NCBI GenBank assembly: GCA_963746845.1
Contig: CAVVCZ010000002.1
Location: 1-64,000 of the forward strand
Source of the DNA: an uncultured Chloroflexia bacterium
Lineage (GTDB): Bacteria; Chloroflexota; Limnocylindria; Limnocylindrales; CSP1-4
Reading direction: 5' to 3'
DNA: 64,000 nt
Shown one piece after another: positions 40,108 to 49,922 of this stretch (positions within the stretch are counted from its first letter, which is position 1; the number at the start of each line of letters is the position of its first letter). Under the pieces are notes generated by a model. The model was not told the DNA's origin. It saw only the letters and a program-made list of their open reading frames with translations, and ran no database searches. A program made the translations under genes and the position numbers.

Positions 40108-41835
40108 ATGAAGCTGTTCTCGAGCTTCGCCGGCCGGTTCCAGCCGGCGTGGCTGTCGAATGACGCGATCGCCGGCCTGACGGTCTGGGCCGTCCTCGTC
40201 CCGGAGGCCCTCGCCTACGCAACGATCGCCGGGGTTTCGCCGGTCGTAGGGCTGTATGCGGCTCCCCCTGCGCTGATCCTGTACGCGGTCTTCGGCAGCT
40301 CGCGTCACCTGGTCGTCGGCCCGATGGCGGCAACCGCGGCGCTGTCGGCCGCCGTCGTCGGGGACTTCGCGGCCGGCGGGACCGACGCGTTCACCGCCAT
40401 GACCGTGGCGCTGGCGCTCGTCGTCGGGATCCTGGTCATCGTTGCCGGTCTGCTCCGGCTCGGGTTCCTGGCGACGTTCATCTCGGAGCCGGTGCTGAAG
40501 GGCTTCATCGTGGGCCTGGCCCTGACGATCATCGTCGGCCAGCTCCACAAGCTCACCGGAACCCCGAAGACGGAAGGCAACTTCTTCGAGCAGCTCTGGG
40601 CCTGGCTCGGAACGCTCGGCCAGACGAACCTCACGACGCTCGTGATCGGCCTGATCTCGCTCGCGATCGTGGTGATCCTGAAGGAGCGTCTGCCTGTCGT
40701 GCCCGGATCGCTGATCGCGGTGTTCTTCGGGATCGGTGCCGTGGCGGTGTTCGGTCTGGATCAGCGCGGTGTCGAGATCGTCGGCCCGATCCAGGCGGGA
40801 CTGCCCCCGTTCGGCCTCCCGGACGTGCGCGGGATCGACTACCTGACGCTGACCGGTGCCTCGCTCGGGGTGGCCCTCGTCGCCTTCGCCGAAGGGCTGG
40901 GCGCGGCGAAGACCTACGCCGCGAAGAACCACTACGACATCGACCCGAACCAGGAGCTGATCGCCCTGGGCGCGTCCAACGTCGGTGCCGGACTGTTCGG
41001 CGGGATGGTCGTCAACGGCAGCCTGTCGAAGACCGCGGTGAACGGCGGTGCGGGCGCGAAGAGCCAGGCGTCCGGTCTGATCGTGGCGGTGGCAACCGTC
41101 ATCACCCTCCTGTTCCTGACGTCGCTGTTCGAGCAGCTGCCCGAGACGACGCTGGCCGCGGTGGTTGTCGCGGCGCTCATCGAGCTCGTCGACTGGCGCT
41201 CGCTCCGGAGCTTCTACCGGCTCTGGGACAGCCGGCTCGGCGCGATCTATGGACCGGCCGCCCGGGCCGACTTCCTCGCCGCGATGGCCGCGCTGCTCGG
41301 GGTCCTGATCTTCGACACCCTGCCGGGGCTGATCATCGGCATCCTCGTGTCGATCGCCCTCCTCGTCTATCGCGCGTCGCGGCCGCACGTGGCGCTGCTC
41401 GGCCACATCCCGGGCTCGGCGGACCAGTACGGGGACATCGAGCGGAATGCCGCGAACGAGCAGATCCCGGGGGTCGTGATCCTGCGACCGGAGAGCGGGC
41501 TGTTCTTCGCGAACGCCGACCTGATCCGGGACGCGGTCCGGACCGCCGCCGCGAAGTCCGGCGTTCAGGCCGTCGTCCTTGACCTCGAGACGGTGCCGAG
41601 CATCGACCTGACCGCCGCGAAGATGCTCGCGGACCTCGACGGCGAGCTCCGCGACATCGGCCGGACGCTCGTCGTCGCCCACGAGGTGGGCCAGGTCCGG
41701 GCGATCCTGCAACTCGAAGGGGCCGAGGGGATCGAGGTCTATCCGACCGTCGACGCCGCGGTCGAGGCGCTGCAGGCGACGAAGCACGCCGATGACGCGA
41801 CCAGTCCGGCGGGAACGGCGGAGGAACCAGGATGA
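40108..41835 (+). CDS. SulP family anion transporter with STAS domain
   Basis: DAIAGLTVWAVLVPEALAYA, GSSRHLVVGP, NQELIALG, GLFFANA. Confidence 0.95.
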   Translation: MKLFSSFAGRFQPAWLSNDAIAGLTVWAVLVPEALAYATIAGVSPVVGLYAAPPALILYAVFGSSRHLVVGPMAATAALSAAVVGDFAAGGTDAFTAMTVALALVVGILVIVAGLLRLGFLATFISEPVLKGFIVGLALTIIVGQLHKLTGTPKTEGNFFEQLWAWLGTLGQTNLTTLVIGLISLAIVVILKERLPVVPGSLIAVFFGIGAVAVFGLDQRGVEIVGPIQAGLPPFGLPDVRGIDYLTLTGASLGVALVAFAEGLGAAKTYAAKNHYDIDPNQELIALGASNVGAGLFGGMVVNGSLSKTAVNGGAGAKSQASGLIVAVATVITLLFLTSLFEQLPETTLAAVVVAALIELVDWRSLRSFYRLWDSRLGAIYGPAARADFLAAMAALLGVLIFDTLPGLIIGILVSIALLVYRASRPHVALLGHIPGSADQYGDIERNAANEQIPGVVILRPESGLFFANADLIRDAVRTAAAKSGVQAVVLDLETVPSIDLTAAKMLADLDGELRDIGRTLVVAHEVGQVRAILQLEGAEGIEVYPTVDAAVEALQATKHADDATSPAGTAEEPG

Positions 41836-42635
41836 TCGACGGATCGACCGCCCCGGAGACGGACGCGGCCCGCGCCGATCGGGGGCGCTCGCTCCGTCAG
41901 GCCGCGCGGCTGACGGCGATCGTCGGCATCACCTTCGCGGTCCTGTACATGATCTCCGCCCTGATCATGTACCAGGTCCCGACGGGCAACGCCACCGACG
42001 AGGAGATCCTCGCCTTCTATTCGAGCCCGGCGGCCGGGCTGCCGCTGATCGTCGGTCTCTACATCGCGCCGTTCTCCGGAATCTGCTTCATCTGGTTCAT
42101 CGTCGCCGTCCGGATGTGGGCCGCCGCGTCCGGCCGCACGCCCGCCATCCTCCAGTCGAACCTCCAGCTGGTCAGCGGCATCGCCTTCGTCATCCTGACG
42201 TTCATCGCCGCCGCGGCCTCGACCGTCGTCTCGGCGGTGGCGGAGGTCGACGGTGGGCGGATGGGCGTCGACGCCGCCCGCCAGTTCCCGATCTTCGGTC
42301 GGGCCATCACGCTGTTCTTCACGATGAAGATGGCCGCGATGTACGTCTTCACGACGTCGGTCATCGGGCGCGGGCCTGCGACATTCCCGAACTGGTTCGG
42401 GAACGCCGGGTTCGTCGTCGGGGCGTTCCTGCTCCTGAGCCCGGTCTTCACGCCGGTCCTCGTCCTCGCCTTCCCGATCTGGGTCATCGTCCTGTGCGCG
42501 ATCGTGTTCCGCGGCGCGCGGCGTTTCGCGACGGACATCCGGGTCGGCGACGTGATCGCGGTCGGGCGGGCGGGCCGGGAGATCACGGGCGTCGGGCCGC
42601 CCACCACGCCGCCCACCACGCCGCCCGAGCCGTAG
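41832..42635 (+). CDS. Hypothetical polytopic membrane protein
   Basis: About 6 TMs; ATGA overlap with SulP. Confidence 0.8.
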   Translation: MIDGSTAPETDAARADRGRSLRQAARLTAIVGITFAVLYMISALIMYQVPTGNATDEEILAFYSSPAAGLPLIVGLYIAPFSGICFIWFIVAVRMWAAASGRTPAILQSNLQLVSGIAFVILTFIAAAASTVVSAVAEVDGGRMGVDAARQFPIFGRAITLFFTMKMAAMYVFTTSVIGRGPATFPNWFGNAGFVVGAFLLLSPVFTPVLVLAFPIWVIVLCAIVFRGARRFATDIRVGDVIAVGRAGREITGVGPPTTPPTTPPEP

Positions 42636-42656
42636 CCCTCGGGCGGGGCCCGCGCG

Positions 42657-43838
42657 TCAGCGCCGCGAGCGTGCCGCAGGGGGCGATGGATCCGGGGTCT
42701 CGGCCGGAGGCTCCGGCGCAGCCACCGGGAGCCCGTCCTCCGGCAGCGTGTGCCGGATCAGCGCGCTGGCGACGTCGCCGCCCTGGCCGACGGACACCAT
42801 CGCGCGCGTGTTGCCCGCGAGCGACCTTGCCACCTCGAGCCGCTGGCTCTCGACATCCCAGTGCATCGCGTTCGGGTAGTCGTGGATCCGCCTCTCGAGA
42901 CGCTCCAGCCGGGCGACCTCGTTCGCGGCCTCCAGCTCGATCGCCTGCCGGCGGGCCTCGATCGTCACCCGGGCCAGCTCTTCGCGGTCCTTCTGGCGGA
43001 CCAGAGCCAGCGCGTGCTGCTCCTGCTCCTCGGCCCGCTGGAGCGTCGCCAGGCGGCGCGATTCGCGCGAAGCGATGAACTCGAGGGGCGGCAGGACATG
43101 GGTCACGACCACACGCACGACGAGGACGCCGTACCGCTCGAGCGCGGATCCGATCTGCGTGCGGAGTCGCTCGGCGTCCGCCTCGCGCAGGTCGAGGATC
43201 GCTTCGGACGTCTTGTCGCGGACGAGGAGGCGGACCGCCTCCTGGCAGGTCGCCTGGCAGATCTGGTCGAAGTCGGGGGCGGAGATCGTGAACACGAACT
43301 TCTCCGGCGCCTCGATCCGGAACGTCATCAGGATGTCGACGTTCGTCCGGACGTCGTCGCTGGTCGGCGTCTCCATCGCGATGGCGTCGAACGGCGTCTC
43401 CCGGCTCGTGACGATGTGGCTGACGATGATCCACGGCACGACGAAGTGGTTGCCGGGTCCGAGGGTCCGGGCGAACCGGCCACCCTTGAGCAGGATCGCG
43501 CGTGAGCCTTCCGGGACCGGGACCCGGAAGGATCGGAAGACTCCCAGGACGATGAGAAGACCGCCGGCCGCGAACAGACCCGTCCGGGGACCGAGGTCGA
43601 GGTCGAGGACGAGGCCGACTGCGATCGCGATGAGACCGGCGATCACGAACTCGTTCCGGATCCGGAGGGCATGCTCCGGCAGGACGATGATCGGCAGTCG
43701 CCCCGCGGAGTCCGGTGTCGATAGCGCCTCGGCCGTGTCCTGGAGCGGAACGCGGACCTGGGTCAGCTGGTTCCCGAGCGGACTCGTCTGAGCGGTCGCA
43801 TCGGGCGTCCCACTCTCGACGGCGACGTCATCGGCCAT
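42657..43838 (-). CDS. SPFH/band-7 domain protein
   Basis: Two TMs, then GRFARTLGPGNHFVVPW, TSDDVRTNVD, and a coiled-coil tail. Confidence 0.88.
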   Translation of the reverse strand: MADDVAVESGTPDATAQTSPLGNQLTQVRVPLQDTAEALSTPDSAGRLPIIVLPEHALRIRNEFVIAGLIAIAVGLVLDLDLGPRTGLFAAGGLLIVLGVFRSFRVPVPEGSRAILLKGGRFARTLGPGNHFVVPWIIVSHIVTSRETPFDAIAMETPTSDDVRTNVDILMTFRIEAPEKFVFTISAPDFDQICQATCQEAVRLLVRDKTSEAILDLREADAERLRTQIGSALERYGVLVVRVVVTHVLPPLEFIASRESRRLATLQRAEEQEQHALALVRQKDREELARVTIEARRQAIELEAANEVARLERLERRIHDYPNAMHWDVESQRLEVARSLAGNTRAMVSVGQGGDVASALIRHTLPEDGLPVAAPEPPAETPDPSPPAARSRR

Positions 43839-43855
43839 GGTTCATCCCCCTCGTG

Positions 43856-45145
43856 TCATGGCTGCGAGACCGGACTCGCCGGGGCCGCGGCGACGCGGAT
43901 CGCCCCGGGCGCGGTGGGTCGGCGATAGATGGCCGGCGTGCTCGGAGCCGGTGCGTTCGTCATCAGGAGACCGGCCATCTCGTGGGGCAGGACGCCGGCC
44001 GGGCGGGCCGGCTCGGACAGACGGCCGTGGAGATACCGGACGACGTCGACGACGATCGCCACGATCGGGGCCGCGAGCAGCAGCCAGAGGACGCCGAACT
44101 GGCCGATCATCACCACGCCCGGGACCATGATCGCGGGGTGGACGCCGAGCCGCCGGCCCATGATCCGGTTGCCGACCAGCGAGGACCCGATGATCCGCGC
44201 GCCCACATAGACGGCGAGATAGACGCCCGCCCGGTCGGGTGCGATCGGCAGGAGCAGGGCCGCCGGGATCAGCCCGATGATCGTGCCGACGACCGGGACG
44301 ACCTGGGCGATGCCGGCGAACACCGCGAGCGCCAGCGGCTCCTGGAATGTCGGGCCGCCGATCTGCGGCGAGAGCTTCAGCCCGAGCCAGGCGATCAGCG
44401 CGACGATGCCCGCCGTCACGACGTAGCCGCGGAGATAGGCCCCGGCGGCTCGATCGACGATGGCCACCATCGCCCACGCGTCGCGGCGGAAGGACGGTGC
44501 GATCCGGCGGTCGATGGCGCTGCGGGCGCGCTCCTTGTCGCTCATCACGACGAGCATCCAGGTCGGCAGGACGATCAGCCCGAGCAGGGCCCCGATCGTG
44601 TTCAACAGTGCGTTCACCGCGGTCCGGACGACGTCATCCAGGTTGCCGGCGGCACCCGACACGACGTCGCGGAACGCGGTCGCGAGGGCCGTGAGCACCG
44701 GGACGATCACCGCGGCGGATCCGTCCGGTAGGTTCCCGAGGCGCTGCTGCAGGTTCGCCACGGCCTGGTCCACGTCGGCGGCAGTCGGCAGGTCGACCGC
44801 GAACCGGACGAAGACATTAGCGAGGGGCGGCAGGATGAGGAGCAGGATCCCGCCGACGACCGCGACCACGGCGAGGACCGACAAGAGGGACGCGAGGAAC
44901 CGGGGCATCACGCGATCGAGGGCATCGACGAGCGGCAGGAGCTGATAGGTGATCAGCCCGCCGACGATGAACGGCAGGAGCGCCGGCCACGTCGCCCTCG
45001 TGAGCCAGAACCCGCCGGCGAGGGCGGCGACGACGACGACGGCCCGCCCGATCGCCTGGGGCGTGACGGTCCGGAGCCGCCCGCGCAGGTCCGCCCACTC
45101 GGCGGCCGCGCGCCGCTGCTGGGTCGTTCGGTCCACCGCGCTCAT
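43856..45145 (-). CDS. AI-2E family transporter
   Basis: LLPFIVG, YLRG, VPVVG, LGVHPA, LLLAAPI. Confidence 0.88.
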   Translation of the reverse strand: MSAVDRTTQQRRAAAEWADLRGRLRTVTPQAIGRAVVVVAALAGGFWLTRATWPALLPFIVGGLITYQLLPLVDALDRVMPRFLASLLSVLAVVAVVGGILLLILPPLANVFVRFAVDLPTAADVDQAVANLQQRLGNLPDGSAAVIVPVLTALATAFRDVVSGAAGNLDDVVRTAVNALLNTIGALLGLIVLPTWMLVVMSDKERARSAIDRRIAPSFRRDAWAMVAIVDRAAGAYLRGYVVTAGIVALIAWLGLKLSPQIGGPTFQEPLALAVFAGIAQVVPVVGTIIGLIPAALLLPIAPDRAGVYLAVYVGARIIGSSLVGNRIMGRRLGVHPAIMVPGVVMIGQFGVLWLLLAAPIVAIVVDVVRYLHGRLSEPARPAGVLPHEMAGLLMTNAPAPSTPAIYRRPTAPGAIRVAAAPASPVSQP

Positions 45146-45266
45146 CGCCGTTCCTCCGGATGTCGTACCGAGATCGTCAGCATCCTATCGGACGTTCTCG
45201 CGGAGCGATGGCGCCCACCGGGTGACGCATGGTGTGCCCGCACGCTCCGGCCCGCCGCGGTCCGGT

Positions 45267-46610
45267 TCACAGGAACCGCGACGAGCGGGCCATCAGCCGC
45301 TCCCACGCCCGGCGCGCTCGCCGCTCGGTGGCGGTCGCGGGCGACGACGCCGCGATGAGCTCGTCGAACACCGGCTCCGCGAGGGCGGGGACCGGCGGGC
45401 CCTCGAGCAAGAGGTCCAGCTCGTCGTTGCGGTACAGCGACAGGTCGTCGAGGTTGCAGCTGCCGACCAGCAGCCGATCATCGAAGCGATAGATCTTCGC
45501 GTGGGCCATGCCCGGGTGCTCGACGACCTGGACGCCGGCCGCGAGGAGCGCGGGCAGCCATGCGCGGAAGGCCGCGATCGCGTAGGGCGGCCGGGGCTCG
45601 GCGGGGATGACGATGCGGACCGCCACGCCGCGTTCGGCGGCGACGATCAGCCGCCGGATGACGCCGCCGTTCGCGAGGTAGGGGTTCACGATGTCGATGA
45701 CATCGTTCGCCGCGACGAGCGACTCGAGGATCGTCTCGCGGATCGGGTGGTGGCCGGTCCCCGGCACGTTCATCAGGAGCGTCACGTCGAGCCCCTCGAC
45801 GGGCGCGTCCGGGGTTCGGGCCACCTCGTCGAGGAAGATCCCGTCGAGGTCCGGCGGGCGGGGCCCGCCGTCCTTCACCCAGCTCGTGAGGAACGCCAGC
45901 TGGACGTGGGACACGATCGGGCCGGTGACCCGGCACATCGCGTCCGCGAACCGGCCGTCGGCGAAGTGGTCCTCGATGCCGGTCCCGCCGACGTAGGCCA
46001 CCCGCCCGTCGATGACCATCATCTTGCGGTGGTCGAAGTGGAGCGCGTCCTCGGCGTGGAACTCCAGCCGCCGGTCGCCGACCAGCCCGCGCCGGGCAAT
46101 CAGGATTCCGTCGTTGGAGACGACCTGTGCGCCGGCCGCCCGGAGGCGGTCGTAGAGGCCGCGGCTGTGGCCGTCGATCGCGCTGCCCACGGCATCGACC
46201 GCGACCTTGACCTCGAGGCCCGCGGCGGCGCGCTCGGCCAGGGCGTCGACGAACGTGTCCGCGATCGCTCCGGGCCGGAACGCGTAGAACAGCAGGTGGA
46301 TATGGTCGCTGGCCGAGGCGATGTCCTCGAGGATCCGCGGGAAGTAGCGCCGGCCGTGGAGCAGGATCTCGACGCTCGCGACGGTCGTCGGCGCGAACGT
46401 GATCGCCTCGTCGCGACGCCGGATCTCCGGCAGGGCGAGGAGCTCCGCCGCGCGTTCTCGAGCGGTCGCGGGGGTCACTGGCTCCGGGCGAACCGGTGCT
46501 CTCCGTGCCGCGCGCATCGAGCGACGACGGCCGACGGCCGCACCGGCCGCGACTGCCGCGGACCCGACGCCCGCAATGACGACGACGGCTCGTCCTGGTC
46601 GATCCGGCAT
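45267..46610 (-). CDS. Phospholipase D / cardiolipin synthase-like protein
   Basis: Two HKD motifs: DHRKMMVID and HAKIYRFD..GSCNLD. Confidence 0.92.
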   Translation of the reverse strand: MPDRPGRAVVVIAGVGSAAVAAGAAVGRRRSMRAARRAPVRPEPVTPATARERAAELLALPEIRRRDEAITFAPTTVASVEILLHGRRYFPRILEDIASASDHIHLLFYAFRPGAIADTFVDALAERAAAGLEVKVAVDAVGSAIDGHSRGLYDRLRAAGAQVVSNDGILIARRGLVGDRRLEFHAEDALHFDHRKMMVIDGRVAYVGGTGIEDHFADGRFADAMCRVTGPIVSHVQLAFLTSWVKDGGPRPPDLDGIFLDEVARTPDAPVEGLDVTLLMNVPGTGHHPIRETILESLVAANDVIDIVNPYLANGGVIRRLIVAAERGVAVRIVIPAEPRPPYAIAAFRAWLPALLAAGVQVVEHPGMAHAKIYRFDDRLLVGSCNLDDLSLYRNDELDLLLEGPPVPALAEPVFDELIAASSPATATERRARRAWERLMARSSRFL

Positions 46611-46615
46611 CGTCG

Positions 46616-48181
46616 TCAGAACGGCCAGAACACGGGGACGAGAAAGACGCTCACGAGGAAGAACATCAGCATGAACACGAGACCGAGCTTCCAGTAGTCG
46701 CCGAAGCGATAACCGCCAGGGCCCATGACCATCATGTTGACAGGGGTCGCGACCGGGGTCAGGAAGGACGCCGCAGCCGCCACGGTCACGCTCATCAGCA
46801 CCGGCTGGACGGACACGCCGAGGTCCAGGGCCGCGGCCGCCGCGATCGGGATCACGATGAGGGCGGTCGCCATGTTGCTGATCAGCTGGCCGAGGATCGC
46901 CGTGATCAGGAACAGCCCGATCAGGAGCGCGTACGGGCCGAGGTTGCCGATGGCGCTCACGAGATTGTCCGCGATCAGGTCGGCCGCGCCGGTCTTCGTC
47001 ATCGCGGTCGACAACGGGATCATCCCCGCGATCAGGACGATGGTCGTCCAGGAGATCGAGCGGTAGGCGCCCTCCGGGGTGACGACCCGGAGCAGGACCA
47101 TGGCGCTGGCGGCGACCAGGCCGGCGATCGCCGACGGGACGACGCCGGTGATCAGCGCGATCACCATCGCGACCAGGACGATGACGGCTTCGGCGGCCTT
47201 GAGGCCGAGGGGGACGGCCCGTTTCACGAGGTCCGGGGCGTCGACGACGAGGACATCGGGGTCGTCGAGGTTCTCGTCGAGCGCGGTCCACGTCCCCTGG
47301 AGGAGCAGGACGTCGCCGACGGCGAGCGTGGTCTCCCCCGGTCCCTTGTCCTCGCCCTTGCGCTGGACGGCGAGCACCGTCAGGTCGCCGCTCTCCGTCG
47401 TCATCCCCGGGAACGCGACCTGTCCGACGAGCCCGGAGCGCGGCCTGATCACGACCTCGGCCAGGCCAACGGTCTGGTCGATGACGGCTCCCTGGCCCTC
47501 CCCGACGCCGTACTGCTCGACGAGCGTCCGGGCGTGGCGGCTGAGGTCGGGCAGGATCGCCTTCGGCTGACGCGTCGGCAGCAGTCGCTGGCCGAGGACG
47601 ACGGAGATGAGGATCGCGCCGATGACGAGCGGGATGCCGACGAGCGCGAACTCGAAGTAGCCGAACGGACGGCCGCCGTAGTCGGTGGCGGCCTGGTTGA
47701 TGATCACGTTCACGGGCGTCCCGGTGAGCGCCAGCATCGATCCCGCGTGGGCGCCGAAGACGAGCGGGATGAGCAGCTGGGACGGCGACCGGCCGAGACG
47801 GATGGCCAGCACGACGATGACCGGCAGGAGCGCGGCGACGGCCCCGTTGACGCTGATCAGGGCGGTCAACCCCGCGACGAGCAGCGTCATCATCACGATC
47901 AGGCGGGTCCGGCTCTCGCCAATCCGGGCGATCAGCTCCTGGCCGGCCCACGCGGTGATCCCGCTCGCGTCGAGGCCCTCGCTGACGACGAACAGCGTCG
48001 CGATGAAGATCACGGTCGGGTCGCCGAAGCCCGCGAGCGCCTCGGTGACGTTCAGGATCCCGGTGAAGTACAGGCTCAGCGCCGCGCCGATCGCCACGAT
48101 CCCGACCGGGATCCGGCCGGAGACGAACGCCACGACGACGAGGAGCAGGATCGCGAAGCTGATCGCGATGTCGGTGGTCAT
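46616..48181 (-). CDS. SLC13/CitMHS-like permease with TrkA-C domain
   Basis: GSMLALTGTPVN, ISNMATA, SFLTPVATPVN..GGYRFGDY. Confidence 0.92.
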   Translation of the reverse strand: MTTDIAISFAILLLVVVAFVSGRIPVGIVAIGAALSLYFTGILNVTEALAGFGDPTVIFIATLFVVSEGLDASGITAWAGQELIARIGESRTRLIVMMTLLVAGLTALISVNGAVAALLPVIVVLAIRLGRSPSQLLIPLVFGAHAGSMLALTGTPVNVIINQAATDYGGRPFGYFEFALVGIPLVIGAILISVVLGQRLLPTRQPKAILPDLSRHARTLVEQYGVGEGQGAVIDQTVGLAEVVIRPRSGLVGQVAFPGMTTESGDLTVLAVQRKGEDKGPGETTLAVGDVLLLQGTWTALDENLDDPDVLVVDAPDLVKRAVPLGLKAAEAVIVLVAMVIALITGVVPSAIAGLVAASAMVLLRVVTPEGAYRSISWTTIVLIAGMIPLSTAMTKTGAADLIADNLVSAIGNLGPYALLIGLFLITAILGQLISNMATALIVIPIAAAAALDLGVSVQPVLMSVTVAAAASFLTPVATPVNMMVMGPGGYRFGDYWKLGLVFMLMFFLVSVFLVPVFWPF

Positions 48182-48215
48182 CAGCGTGGCCCGCGAAGCG
48201 GGTTGCGGTAGGCGC

Positions 48216-49889
48216 TCAGAGCTTGACCGGGTAACCGGGTCCCAGGGGGATGCCGAGGACGAACCACAGGACGAACAGGAGGGTCCAGGAGACCGCGATG
48301 ATCACGACGTACGGGAGCATCAACGCGATGATCGTCCCGATCCCGGCGTCCTTCTGGTAGCGCTGCGCGATCGTGACCATGAACGGCAGGTAGACCATCA
48401 ACGGGGTCACGACGTTGATCGGCGAGTCGCCGACGCGATACGCCGCGAGGCCGGTCTGCGGCGGCACGCCCAGCTGGATGAAGAGCGGGACGAAGATCGG
48501 GGCGAAGATCGCCCACTTCGGGATGAGCCCCGGCATGATCACGTCCAGGAGCAGGATGATCACGATCATGCCGATCAGGAGCGGCAGCGCCCCGATGCCC
48601 GCCGCGGTCAGGACCTCCGCGAGGGCGACGGCGAGGACGCTCGGGATGTTGCTGTAATTGAAGTAGGCGATGAACTGGCTGATCATCAGGAGCATGAAGA
48701 CGAGCCCGGCCAGACCGGCGAACGTCTTCACGACGGCGTTGATCACGTCAGTGCTGGACTTGAACGTGCCGGCGCCGATCCCGAACCCGACCCCCGAGAT
48801 CAGGAACGTCATCGCGATGATGAACAGCAGGCTGTCCATGAACGGGGTCGTGCCGATGATGTCGCCGCTCACGGGATCGCGGAGCGGGGCGCCGGGCGGC
48901 AGCGTGATCAGCAGCACGAACCCGAGGAAGACGAGGAAGCCGATCAACGCGCCGCGCAGGCCCCGCTTCTCGGCGGCCCGGTCATTGACGGCGTCCGCGT
49001 CGGTCTCGATCGCGATCCCGTCCGGGCCGCTGTCGGCCGCCGGCTGCCAAGCTCCGAGACGTGGCTCGACGATGCGCTCGGTGACGAAGTAGGCGACGAG
49101 CGCGATCACGATCGACGAGACGATGCTGAACCAGTAGTTGGCGAGAATCGTCAGGGGTGTCTGCCCGCCCACGGCCGCCAGGGCCTCGTTCGTGATCGCC
49201 GTGATCTGGGCGTCGATCGGGCCGGGGATCGGGTTGACCCCGAAGATGGCCCCGACGCCCGCGAAGCACGCGGCCATGCCGGCGAGCGGGTGACGGCCGA
49301 CGCTCGCGAAGGCGGCGGCGCCGAGGGGCACAAGGATCAGGTAGCCGGCGTCGGTCGCGATGCTCGAGAGGACGCCGACGAGGATCAGGGCGAAGGCCAG
49401 GATCCGCCGCGGTGACGCCGCGACGAGGAGTCGGATCAGGGCGGCCATCAGGCCGCTCGCCTCGGCGACGCCAGCCCCCATCAGGGCGACGAACGTCACC
49501 GCGATCACGCCGAAGCCGGCGAAGTTCGGGACGAACGACACGAAGATGAACCGAATCCCCTCGATCGAGAGCAGGCTCTTGATCGGGATCGTCACCTCTT
49601 GCGTGTGGAAGCCGCCCCGGTAGTCCGGCGTGAGCTGGTCCGGCTCGAGGATCGGCTGGGTCGTGTCCTCGTAGTAACCAGGGGTCGTCGGCACGTTGTC
49701 GGGGACGACAACCGTGTCCGTGACGCTGACGCCCGCGAACCCGAGCACGGCGGAGATGACGATCACCCCGATGATGAGGTACAGGAACATCATCACCGGG
49801 TGGGGGACCTTGTTCCCGGCACGTTCGACGAAATCGAGCAGCTTTGCCATGCCGCCGTGCTGGGGTGCTGCGGCCGTTGCCTCGGTCAC
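48216..49889 (-). CDS. AbgT family transporter
   Basis: VERAGNKVPHP, GVAEASG, GRHPLAG, KWAIFAPIFVP, YRVGDS, GIGT. Confidence 0.94.
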   Translation of the reverse strand: MTEATAAAPQHGGMAKLLDFVERAGNKVPHPVMMFLYLIIGVIVISAVLGFAGVSVTDTVVVPDNVPTTPGYYEDTTQPILEPDQLTPDYRGGFHTQEVTIPIKSLLSIEGIRFIFVSFVPNFAGFGVIAVTFVALMGAGVAEASGLMAALIRLLVAASPRRILAFALILVGVLSSIATDAGYLILVPLGAAAFASVGRHPLAGMAACFAGVGAIFGVNPIPGPIDAQITAITNEALAAVGGQTPLTILANYWFSIVSSIVIALVAYFVTERIVEPRLGAWQPAADSGPDGIAIETDADAVNDRAAEKRGLRGALIGFLVFLGFVLLITLPPGAPLRDPVSGDIIGTTPFMDSLLFIIAMTFLISGVGFGIGAGTFKSSTDVINAVVKTFAGLAGLVFMLLMISQFIAYFNYSNIPSVLAVALAEVLTAAGIGALPLLIGMIVIILLLDVIMPGLIPKWAIFAPIFVPLFIQLGVPPQTGLAAYRVGDSPINVVTPLMVYLPFMVTIAQRYQKDAGIGTIIALMLPYVVIIAVSWTLLFVLWFVLGIPLGPGYPVKL

Positions 49890-49922
49890 GGTACGGTGCC
49901 TCCCGCTAAGAGAACAGGGGCG

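Noticed and set aside
42600-42626. 12-bp duplication encoding PPTTPPTTPP
   Set aside because: Trivial low-complexity protein tail.
45267-47951. Apparent 894-aa PLD fusion
   Set aside because: The upstream part is an off-frame read of the SLC13 gene; PLD starts at 46610.
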